DNA from: Azolla caroliniana
Lineage: Eukaryota > Plantae > Polypodiophyta
Length of the DNA stretch: 64,000 nt
NCBI GenBank assembly: GCA_043228905.1
Contig: JBHGNT010000014.1
Span: 4,588,001-4,652,000 of the forward strand
Reading direction: 5' to 3'
The notes under the pieces are model-generated. The model was not told the DNA's origin. It worked only from the letters and a program-made list of their open reading frames with translations, and did not search any database. Position numbers and translations under genes: made by a program. This document shows positions 36,701 to 47,712 of this stretch, piece after piece (the stretch's first letter is position 1; every line of letters begins with the position of its first letter).

Positions 36701-37590
36701 GGCCGGTTGAAGAAGCCGAAGAAAAGAGCAAGGGCCATAGCTGTAGGGAAGAGCCGAGGATAGCCGAATCAGGGGGAGATACAGGCAATAAGGGCGTAAA
36801 GGCCATGACCAAGACGTGGTCTGATGTAGTCAAAGGCCTAAAGACAGGAGACGAATTGGAGACAGCCAATTTGGATGAGAGCGGAATTGAATCGGAAGTG
36901 GTCGATTCAATCGGAATGTTCGATTCAGATTCAAATACGCCCAATCAACTAAAGGCCATGCGGAGAAAAGGGCAGCAAAGGACGTGCCAACACCATGACA
37001 GCAAGGGAGCCGAGAAGGGCCGAACGAGCAAACAAGCCGACTGGAAGGGTCGAAGCGCGCAAAATCGAATGGGTCGAGGAGCGCGTGCGAGGCGTGAAGC
37101 CAGAAGGAACCGGAGTGTAGATCCAAAAGGGCAGACGGAACCTCAAGTTGAGCTTGAGGGGGAGTGTTGAGTGACAAGCTCAACATTGAGTGCGTAATAC
37201 GGTGCGTAACCCAATGCGTAGACTGGGTGCATAAAAACAGTACGCATAACGTGGCCGTATCGGTGCGTAAACCGGAAGGCCGTTAGCATGGTATTCCTCG
37301 TAAGGAATAATTTTGGGAGTTAGTGTAGTAGGCTAATTTATGAGCATTCAAGTAATGTTAGTACTTGTGTCAGCCCAATAGTCAGGGCTTGTATAAAAGG
37401 TGTTCACTGAGCACGAAGAATGTACAGACTAAGTATTATTTTTTAATTGAGTTGTGTGTATTGACTCTCTCTCTCTCTCTCTCTCTCTCCCTCTCTCTCT
37501 CCCATGTACTGTGTATATTTAAGCTCTCCATTAAACCTGCGTATTTTCTATGTTTGTTTTTCTACTTGCTTTTGCGCGCTATTCTTTACA
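30394..37590 (+). mobile_element. Full-length degenerate Ty1/copia B2 inserted in D
   Basis: LTRs 30394-30822 and 37165-37590; TSD AGAAG; Met PBS at 30823-30834; gag from 30906; PR WYVDSGASNH; INT 32236-33240; RT/RH plus tail 35554-37170. Confidence 0.95.
33880..35281 (-). mobile_element. 1402-bp probable solo LTR inside the B2 RT
   Basis: TGTCATG...CATGACA termini; 4-bp TSD ACGG (33876-33879 and 35282-35285); host frame QKHG|IDYD restored on removal; orientation inferred from TATA and polyA-like motifs. Confidence 0.85.
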
Positions 37591-38791
37591 AGAAGGTTGT
37601 ACTTTCTTGTGGCAATGTTGCATATTGGTAATAGAACTTCTCTTTTCAGCCTTTTAAGTTTCTTTCACCCTCATCACTATAGAGGGGAAGCGGCCAAAGA
37701 ACAGAAGGAACATGAAAGATAATGGGATGAAGGCAGAACGAATGGTGACCACAGTCACAGCCATCGCAGAGGAGTTGGTTCCTTCGATCTCCTAGGCCAC
37801 ATGTCTAACAAAGAACGTCATCAATGTGGCCATACCCCACATCAACATCGTGAAGGACTGAGTGGTACAAGTGGATGAGGATAGGTGATGGTTGTGGTGG
37901 GGAGGACACGCTTGCTTCGTCGTCATCGTCCATTGCTATTGTTGTTGTTGCCCGCCATAGCCAGAGCTCGACGAGTTCTGTCTATTCCTAGGGAGAGACA
38001 TAGAGACAAAGAAAAACAAAGAGAAAAAGAGAGGGAGTTATTCTTCCTTCAACTCAATGGAACACACACACACTAACGCAGAGAGTTGAAGACATAGAGA
38101 CGAACTCTCGGTAGAGAGCAAGTGAGAAAAGGGGGAGGGATTTGAAAGGCCATGTCCATCAAGCCTTGAATACATTGGACATAATAGCGATAGAAATCGC
38201 CATTGTCATTGTGGGCCAATCTCACCCAGAGAGTTCATGCACAAATCACACTCTCTAACACAAAGACTAACACGCACAGAGGGGGGGAGAGATAGACATT
38301 AGTGATGGAGAGGGAGAGCATGGGAGGGAGACGTGACTTCTTCTCAAAGAAGGGTCGTCCATTCGGGCATGCCAAAAGTGTTAATGGGTGGGGGGTGAAA
38401 CCTAGAATGGCTTCACCCCCCTCTCGAGGGGGGTTACAATAGAGAGAGAGAGAGAGTGTGTGTGTGTGAAAATTACAATGACATCAAAATGAGAGGGGAA
38501 AAGTTATCCCATTATGCCCCATGGGTGGGGTTTATATAGTACAAGAGGTAACCGTTACAAATAAAGAATGACAGAAGTAGAGAGTTACATTACTTACCCA
38601 CTTCCTCACCTTTGTACACATGCACACAAATGTGCATGTGTTCATACACATACACATACTCATCCTCACACACTCATTCATATTATACATACACATCAAC
38701 CACATCATTACACATACCCTTATGCCTCCCCGTATATTCTTACAGGTAACAACCATGTAAGGAATCAAGAGTGATTCTGTACAACAGAAGA

Positions 38792-38823
<32 letters not shown>

Positions 38824-39850
38824 CACGTGAGACAAGAGAGAGAGATAGTTCTAAAACAAGAAACTGTATTTTACATCCAACAATAACTAAGTTACAAAAG
38901 GATGGTTTAAATACCAACTGACCTAGGGAAAGTGCCCTTTCTACTAATTACAAATCTAGCCTAGTATGATTGTTCACTCGCTACTGTGAACATTGTTTCA
39001 ATGGGAAGTTGAGTTCGATTCTCAACACCTCTGAATTCCTTTCTGCTACAGATAATTGTTGAATTGACCGGAAAATTATTCTTTTCCACCATCCGACCGC
39101 ATGCACTTGATCTTTCTCTCTGTTTCCCATCCCATTCGATAAGACTTTGTAGGTTCTAGAAACAGTCGAAGACTTCCCTTTTCTTCTCGATAAGATAGAT
39201 CCACATGTGTCGGCTGTAGTCGTTGATGAAGGAGACGAAATATCTGCTCCCGCCAAGACAAACGTTCTGTGCCGGTCCCATACATCCGAATGAATCAATT
39301 TGAGCTTGTTACGGCTCCGGTTTCTTTCGATGGGGAATGGAAGCCGGTGTTTCTTCCCGAGCTAGTAGACTTCACAAATTTGGGCCTTCCGGCCACTGAA
39401 TTTTGGCAATCCAAAAACAACTTGTTTTGATTGCAGGTCTTGAAGCCTCTGATAGTTGACATGACCGATCCGCTTATGCCAAAAGTTGATATCCTACTCA
39501 ACTTTCTGTCCTTTTGTGAACAAGGCGGTGCCTACGTCGTTGGTGTCGAGGATAAACATCCTCCCATCCCAGTGCCCTTGCGCGATGATATGAACCTCTT
39601 CCTCGATGAAGCACCCGAGATGTGTAAACCACACCTGCATCCCCTGGTCGACCATATGCCCGACCGACACCAGGTTCTTTGTGATTGGCAGGACATGAAG
39701 CATGTTCATAAGCTTCCCTTGTCCGACATGACTCAAGGGGACTTCTCTAACATGCACTATCGGGTGAGGAGTGTCATCTCTGGTTTCGACAACTCCCAGT
39801 TGCTCCGGCTTTTCCGGAAATGAGAACCACTCTTTGTGACTCGTCATGTG

Positions 39851-40681
39851 TGTTACCGATTAGGAACACTATCTACGCTCAATCCTTCAACATAGACCTC
39901 AAGGTGACTGTGTTGCAAGGAATGGAACCGTCATACCGTAATTCGTAATGGGATACTCCCTCGTATCCTAGTAGCGTATAAGGGAGACGGCTACAACCGA
40001 ACTCCTTAGGAAGTGCACTAGTATCCGCACTTACGCCTACACCCTTATGATTAACAATACGCAATAGAGAACAAAGAACGCAGCAGATAAAACCACAGAC
40101 ATGCACAGAGATCAAAGAAGATAGTATTCTATTAGAAAAACGCTCTATGTACCAAAATTACACGCTACCTCTTACAGAGGATTTCTGCCCTTTATATACC
40201 CGGGGCTTTTAGCCGTTCACGCTTCCCGCGTGAACCATTACATGCGTTTCTTAACACTTTACTATATTATAATGCTCTTGCGCTTCTGTCCAGCAAAAAA
40301 CACCTGGCACGCCTGTGGGATAGTGCCATGGCACGTCGGACCCATCCCTTTATTCTTCCTCCAAAATATGCCGGATGTTTGGTTCTACGCCGACGTACTG
40401 GTCCAGGGACGACATAGTGCCCATAGGCGCATCGTTGCGCGGTTGCATGTTTTGTACTTGCTCGGTGGGGGTTTCCATGGCGTCAACATCTCCCTATGTG
40501 GGCGGACCGGGCTCTGCTGGCTCATTCCGTTCTACTATGGTTGGCTCTTCCGTCTACAGGCTCTCAGTGGGCTGAGGCTTTGTCCTGTCCGTAACTTCCT
40601 CCGTGTTGTCGGTCGTAGTTGTCCTCTCCGGTGAATTGGGCTGAGGTTCCTCTTGCTCGGTGGTATCACTTTCCAGTATCA
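39851..40681 (-). mobile_element. Probable solo LTR inside the B1 protease region
   Basis: TGTTACCG...CAGTATCA termini interrupting DSGASN|HMTSHKEW; TSD not cleanly preserved. Confidence 0.65.
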
Positions 40682-41361
40682 CGATGGGGGTTAGATGCTC
40701 CGGAGTCAACATACCACACTTCCTCCGATCCGGAAGTGTTCTTCTTCATCGAGTTCGCCTTTTGTTTCATCACAAAGGCTGACCCTTTTCTGGTCTTTCC
40801 GGTTTTGGATCCTTCTGATCCCTTAACGTAGTGCGATCTATGCTAGTTCCCTTGTTAGGACTTACCATTTCCTGTTTTATCCGAATTGGTGCGCTTCTTC
40901 CAACACTCGCTTCCTCTATGGCCCTTCCGGCCACAATACCAACATTCCGAGTCAGCCTTTCCTTGCCGATTTCCAGCGCCGCTCTAACTCCCCCTGCTTG
41001 TGAAGGGTCTAAAACTATTGTCAGCACTATCTTCATGCCTCTGGTTCTACTCTTATCAGTCGTCGATATTGCGTGCCGACCCACCTCGTCATCCACGCCC
41101 ACGGGGCTGGGCCGATCCACCTCCGTCTAAGTGGATCCGACTGTCCGATTGAGTGGTCCTCGACCCACTCGTGTGGTTTTCTTCGACCATAAGCATCGAT
41201 TGCAAGTCGAAGAAGGACGGCGGTTTATCCCGAGTGCAAATTGTCGTCCGGATTGGTCCATACCATTGTGTTAGACCACCGAGGCAGATGTGGATCATCT
41301 CGTCTTCGTCCCTCATCACGTTGATAGAACCGAGAGCATCGCAGATCTCCTTTATCTTGGT

Positions 41362-44300
41362 TGTTGAGTGGCAAGCTCAACTGGAGCCGGATCGGCTAAA
41401 TAAGCCTGAGCCGGCAAGCGAGACGGATCGGTAAGCCGTTAGCAACTGAGCCGGCAAGCAACTGAGCCGGTGAGCTGGGGAGCCGGTTAGCCGGATCCAA
41501 TCAGTAACCAGAAGCCTAGTATTAGTTTAGACTACTAGGCAATTATAGTCTCGTAGTAAGTGTCAGAAGCTCGTGTGAGCATTGAAGTACGCGGTACTTC
41601 TATCAGTCCCATGAGGACTTGTATAAATAGTACTACTGAGCACTGTTGTAAGATACAGAGTGATTATATCGTTTTGAATATAGTTTTTATCTTCTGCCCT
41701 CTCCCGTGTACTCTGTGTATTCCCTACTTTCTCTGTTTTCTAATGCTTCCACAAGTAGTCCTTCACATGGTATCAGAGCGCGAGGGTTGACAAACGATTG
41801 AAAGCAAACCCTAACAGGTCATAAAACAGCAAAAAGAGAAGTGATGGATAGAGGGATGGCTAGATCGCTCCCTATGGAGAAACTCGACAAATCCAACTAT
41901 GCATATTGGTCATATAAGATGCACCAGTACCTGCTTGGGCATGGCTATTGGAGTTTCGTCGAAGGAGCCAACGAAACAGCACCTGATGCGGCACATAAGG
42001 ACTTCCCAGTGTGGGAACAATCGGCAAGCAAAGTGATGTATTGCTTCGCGTCCAGTGTCAGAGACCAGTTGTTGAGCCACATCCAAGACGCCAAGACGCC
42101 AAAGGAGGCTTGGGGGAACCTGAAGAAGGTTTTCGTTGCGAGCATTACAGCCCGGAAGCTGCAACTCTGACAGGAGTTGAGCAATGTCCGACGGAAGGAC
42201 ATGTCGGTGGTGGATTACACGGCCCAGATCAAAGAGATCTGTGGCTCGCTTGCCTCTATCAACGTTACCGTAGAGGAAGACGAGATGGTACAGGTCTGTC
42301 TTGGGGGCCTGGCGTCTAAGTTCAGAGCGTTCCGAACGGCGGTGTGTACAAGGGAGAATACGCCATCATTTTTCGACTTACAGTCGATGCTCCTTATAGA
42401 GGAGAACCACGCCAGTGCGTCAACTAGCGCACCCACTGACAACCGGATGTTGTACACGGAGGTGGATCGGCCCCATGGGCGTGGTGGACGAGGCGGGTCG
42501 GCACGCAATGGAGGTGACCGGCAAGAGCAAGAACGAAGGCACATAGAATGTGCCGACAGCAGTTTCAAGACTCCCACAGGCAGGGAGAGTCATGGCGACA
42601 CCGGAAGATGGCAAGAGAAGTCAACAACGGAATGTTGGTACTGTGGCAAAAAGGGCCACAGAGAAAGCGAGTGCTGGAGAAAATGAGCCGATTCGAACAA
42701 ATCCGGATCTGGCAAGGCCGACAAGGATGACCGGCAAAGCTCGCACTACGCGAAGGGATCGGGAGGATCCAAGAATGGTAACGGGCCAGCCTTGGTAATG
42801 AAGCACGAGGCGAACTCGATGAAGAAGACCACTTCCAAATCAGAGGAAGTGTGGTATGTTGATTCTGGTGCGTCGAACCACATGACGAGCCACAAAGAGT
42901 GGTTCTCCTTTTTGGAGAAACTGGATCAACCAGGAGTAGTCGAAACCGGAGATGACACTCCTCACCCAATCGTGCGCGTCGGAGAAGTCCCTTTGAGCCA
43001 TGTCGGACAGAAGAGGAAGCTGATGAACGTATTACACGTTCCGACAATCATGAAGAACCTGATGTCGGTCGGACAGATCGTCAACCAGGGGATGCAGGTG
43101 CGGTTTACGCACCTTGGCTGCTTCATCGAGGAAGAGGGCCAGATTATTGCGCAAGGGCGCAGAGACATGAAGATGTTTATCCTCGACACCAATGACGTTG
43201 GCACCGCTCTGTTTCCAAAAGGACAGAAGATCGAATCGGACATCGACCTGTGGCACAAGCAGATAGGCCACGTCAATTACCGAAGGCTTCAAGACCTGCA
43301 AACAAAACAAGTTGTTTTCGGTTTGCCGAAGTTCAACGGCCGGAAGGCTCAAGTATGTGAAGCCTACCAACTCGAGAAACAACACCGGCTTCCATTCCCT
43401 ACCGAACGTAACCGGAGCCGTAACAAGCTCGAACTAATCCATTCGGATGTGTGGGGACCGGCACAGAATGTTAGTCTTGGCGGGAGTCGATATTTCGTCT
43501 CCTTCATCGATGATTATACGTGGCACACATGGATCTACCTCATTGAGCGTAAGAGTGAAGTCTTCGAGTGTTTCCGGAGTCTCCAAAGCATGGTGGAATG
43601 GGAATCGGAGAGGAAGATCAAATGCCTGCGGTCGGATGGCAGGAAAGAATACTTTTTCAGCCAATTCAACAGTTATCTGCAGCAAACGGGAATTCGGCGA
43701 GAGTTCAGCTGCAGATACACACCGCAACAGAACGGTGTTGCGGAGAGGAAGAACCGGTCTCTTATCGATGTGGCAAGGGCAATGCTGGAGGGGAAGAGCA
43801 TGCCCAAATTCTACTGGGCGGAGGCAGTCCGAACGGCTGTCTACATCCAGAACCGGATCGGTGACAAGGTGTCAGCTCACGAGCTGTATTTCGGGCGGAA
43901 GCCGAATTTGAGACACCTTAAGATCTTCAATAGCATTGCATATGTGCATGTACCGGATGAGAAGCGGAGGAAGCTGGATGCAAAATCGGAAAAATGCATC
44001 CTAGTCGGCTATGCTCAAGAGCAAAAGGGTTATAGGTGTTATAACCTCCGAACAAGGCAACTCCGAGTTTGTCGAGATGTCGAGTTTGATGAATCGGCAT
44101 CGTGGTACTCCTTACCGACTCCGACTTCCGAATCTGACCCACCACCAGAAGGATCCCGTCAAGCGGTACGGGTACAATGAGTACATGGCGCATCACTATG
44201 CGTACATGACTAAGGTGGCAGAAGTGAGTGAGCCGGAGAGCTACGCAGAAGTGGCCAAGGACGCAAATTGGCGTGCCGCTATGGAGGAAGAAATGCAGGC

Positions 44301-46718
44301 ACTTGATGTCAACAAGACATGGGACCTAGTTGACCCTCCTCGTCACTGTAAACCGATCGGATGCAAGTGGATATACAAGGTAAAGTACAACGCCAACGGT
44401 TCTGTTAACCGGTATAAAGCCCGGTTAGTGGTGAAGGGATACGCACAAACCCACGGAATCGACTACGACGAGACCTTCGCTCCTGTAGCGAAGATGACGA
44501 CGGTTCGAGTGGTGCTAGCGGTTGCTACGGCAAGGGGGTGGCATCTTCATCAGATGGATGTGAAGAATGTATTTCTTCACGGTGATCTTGAAGAAGAAGT
44601 CTTCATGACTCAGCCTCCCAGTTTTCAATCAGAGATGAACAAGTCGGCGATATGCCGGCTGAAGAAGTCGTTGTACGGCCTAAAGCAAGCCCCTCGAGCT
44701 TGGAATGCGAAGATCACGCACCGGTTGCGTAAGATGGGGTTTGCGGCCTCCAAGTCCGACTCTTCGTTGTTCATCCGGCAAGGCTCAACCAGTCCGGTAT
44801 GTATCCTGTTGTATGTTGATGATTTAGTCATCACCGGACCGGATCTTCTAGAAGTCAACCACGTCAAGTCCCAGTTGTCGACCGCATTTGAGATGAAGGA
44901 CTTGGGGGACCTTCATTATTTTCTTGGGATCGAGGTGATCCGAACTCCCGACGGCATATTACTCTCACAACAACATTACGTCTTGAATATGTTGTACAAG
45001 TTCGGCATGACAGAATGCCGACCTGTCTCCACACCCTTGGACTGGAACCAGAAGCTTCCTCCCAACTCCGGACTGGCCTGCAACGAGCAACGGTTTCGAC
45101 AAATTGTCGGAAGCCTTATTTACTTGACTATCACGCGACCCGACATCAGCTATCCGGTCGGAATGATAAGTCAGTTCATGCAAAAGCCGACCGTGGAGCA
45201 CCTCCAGTGCGCGCAGCGGATACTGCGATATGTAAGCAGCACGAAGGACCGGGGACTGTTATACCGGCGTGGTATACAGCTGGTCGGTTACACAGATGCC
45301 GACTGGACCGGCGATGCATCAGATCGTCGATCAACCTCCAGTTACATGTTTTCCCTAGGTAGCGTAGCTGTTGCGTGGAGCAGCAAAAAGCAGCCAACAG
45401 TGGCTCTATCAAGCACTAAGGCTGAATACCGTGGCGCTACCCTTGCCACCTGTGAAGCTATTTGGCTTCGGTGACTGCTACGCGACTTGCGGATCGAGGT
45501 ACCGACCCTGATCTCGATTTATTGTGATAACATCAACAGCATGCAGCTCGCCAAGAACCATGTGCTCCACGCTCGCACGAAGCACATTGAAGTGCATTAT
45601 CACTTTATGTGTGAGCGGATCCTGAGCGGTGAAGTTGAACTACGGTATGTTCACACGGATCGGCAAGTTGTCGATATGTTCACCAAGCCGCTCGGATCGG
45701 ACAAGTTGCAGCACTTTACCGACATGCTTGGTGTTCAGCATCTTGATGTGCCGCACTTGAGGGGGAGAAGAAGGGGCAAAGATGGAACGGGCAAAGGCAA
45801 AGAGACTATTGTCGATACCAGTAAGGGAAGAACCGGAAGAGGGGGAGACAAGGAGGTTGAAGAAACCGAGGATGGAAGCAAGGCCAAGACCCGGACGTGG
45901 TCTGATGTGGTGAAGGGCCTTAAACCGAAAGACGAGTCAGAGGATACCGACTCGGACAAGAGCTGGAACGAATTAGGGACAGCCAATTCGGACCAACAGA
46001 CGGATCCGGATGAACCGAATCAACTGGAGGCCAAGCAGACACGGATGCAGCGAAAGTCGATGCCATCGCGGAGGAACCGACGGATCAATAAGCGCCGGAG
46101 TCATGGCAGCAAAGGAGCTGAGAGGGGCATATTGAGCAGACATACCGACCGAGAAGGTCGAGGCGCGCAGAACAAGAGGGGTCGCAGCAAATAGAACCGG
46201 ACCGGATGAGGAACGCGAGCAAGGCGGAGCGACGCCAGGAGAAGTTGGTTGGAAGAACCGACTGACACTAGGATCCAACCTCAAGTTCAGCTTGAGGGGG
46301 AGTGTTGAGCAGCAAGCTCAACTGGAGCCGGATCGGCTGAATAAGCCTGAGCCGGCAAGCGAGACGGATCGATAAGCCGTGAGCAACCGAGCCGGCAAGC
46401 AACAGAGCCGGTTAGCTGTGGAGCCGGTTAGCCGGATCCAATCGGTAACCGGAAGCCTAGTATTAGTTTAGACTACTAGGCAATTATAGTCTCGTAGTAA
46501 GTGTTAGAAGCTCGTGTGAGCATTGAAGTACGCGGTACTTCTGTCAGTCCCATGAGGACTTGTATAAATAGTGCTACTGAGCACAGTTGTAAGATACAAA
46601 GTGATTATATTGTTTTGAATATAGTTTTTATCTTCTGCTCTCTCTCTGTCTCTCCCGTGTACTCTGTGTATTCCCTACTTTCTCTGTTTTCTAACGCTTC
46701 CGCAAGTAATCCTTCACA
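41362..46718 (+). mobile_element. Full-length degenerate Ty1/copia B3 inserted in B1 gag
   Basis: LTRs 41362-41767 and 46303-46718; TSD TTGGT; Met PBS at 41768-41779; ORFs 41841-46194 with a few stops and a deletion in the INT-RT linker near 44148. Confidence 0.95.
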
Positions 46719-46760
46719 TTGGTGATGTAGTCGGTAACCGACATGTCCCTTTGCCGGATG

Positions 46761-47712
46761 TGTTGGGATTTCGGTCCCTCCGGATGGGATGTCCGGAGAT
46801 GAATGACGGCAAGCCCGGTTGCGGTTACGGAGCCGGATGATGAAGACCCCGGCTACGGTGCCGGATGATGAAGCCCCCGGCTACGGAGCCGGATGATGAA
46901 TACCCCGGTTATGGAGCCGGATGATGAAGACCCCGGCTACGGTGCCGGATGATGAAGACCCCGGCTACGGAGCCGGATGATGAATACCCCGGCTACGGAG
47001 CCGGATGATGAAGACCCCGGCTACGGAGCCGGATGATGAAGACCCCGGTTACGGAGCCGGATGACGAATGTACCCGAAGGGAGATCCGGATGCGGGGACA
47101 TATTTGTGAATATGTTTGCCAAGAGCCCTTGAGGCTATATTTGTAAATAGCCCGAAAGTCATATGTGTATAAATATGACTTAGGGCAAACAGTTTTTGTT
47201 GTTGCTTAATTTTCATGCGAAGTGAGAGCAGCCGAGAGAGAGAGAGACGGAGAGGTCGTTGCCTCTGTGTATTGCCGCCGCCTGTGGCGAAGACAGTGAG
47301 CTCAAGGTTGTTGCCTTGTAGCTTCACCAGTGTACATCCCTGTTCATAGTGATAGTTGGAGTTTGAGGACTCCCGTGGTTTTTCCCATCTAGGGTTTTCC
47401 ACGTTAATCCCTGTGTACTCGTGTGCTTCTCTCTTTTGGTTTCTATTTTCCGCTGCATTGATCCGCGACGAATCGGTTGTGGCCGAGTGGTGAAGGTGAA
47501 TCCAAGCGTTGATTCCCAACAAACTGGTATCAGAGCGACTGTTGCAGAAAATGGAAGGCGGCGGCAGCGGGCAGCCGATGATGATGGTGCTGAATGCGCA
47601 GAATTACGCCGACTGGAAGATCAAGATGGAGGATCTTCTAATTGTTCGGGACCTGTACGAACCGATTGACAGGTCGGAAATACCGAAAGGGGTACTTGAG
47701 TCGGAGTGGAAG
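46761..47712 (+). mobile_element. 5' part of Ty1/copia A3 (LTR, PBS, gag start), interrupted by A2
   Basis: LTR 46761-47521; Met PBS at 47525-47536; gag MEGGGSGQP...NYADWKIKMEDLL from 47551. Confidence 0.9.
46833..47065. repeat. 28-bp tandem repeat, 8 full units, in the A3 LTR U3
   Basis: CCGGATGATGAAGACCCCGGCTACGGAG with starts every 28 bp from 46833 to 47057. Confidence 0.95.

Larger units (their letters stand above)
29453..38751 (-). mobile_element. Non-autonomous or deleted LTR element D inserted at the C1 PBS/LTR junction
   Basis: TSD ACCAT (29448-29452 and 38752-38756); full LTR 38379-38751 and truncated LTR 29453-~29536; PBS-like TGGCATGCCCG beside the LTR; ~2.1 kb once B2 is removed, with no recognisable gag or pol. 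Confidence 0.8.
24608..39027 (-). mobile_element. Degenerate Ty1/copia C1 inserted in the B1 integrase
   Basis: LTRs 24608-24882 and 38756-39027; TSD CCTCT (24603-24607 and 39028-39032); Met PBS at 29440-29451; broken gag-pol over 24883-29439. Confidence 0.92.
15967..46760 (-). mobile_element. Ty1/copia B1, fragmented by five primary insertions; its 5' end is not in the assembled sequence
   Basis: 3' LTR 15967-16423 with PPT; pieces 16424-16796, 22049-24607, 39033-39850, 40690-41361 and 46724-46760 rejoin collinearly (tail, RH, RT, INT, PR, gag). Confidence 0.85.

Noticed and set aside
46833-47065. 28-bp repeats of CRISPR repeat length
   Set aside because: Head-to-tail units with no spacers, inside an LTR
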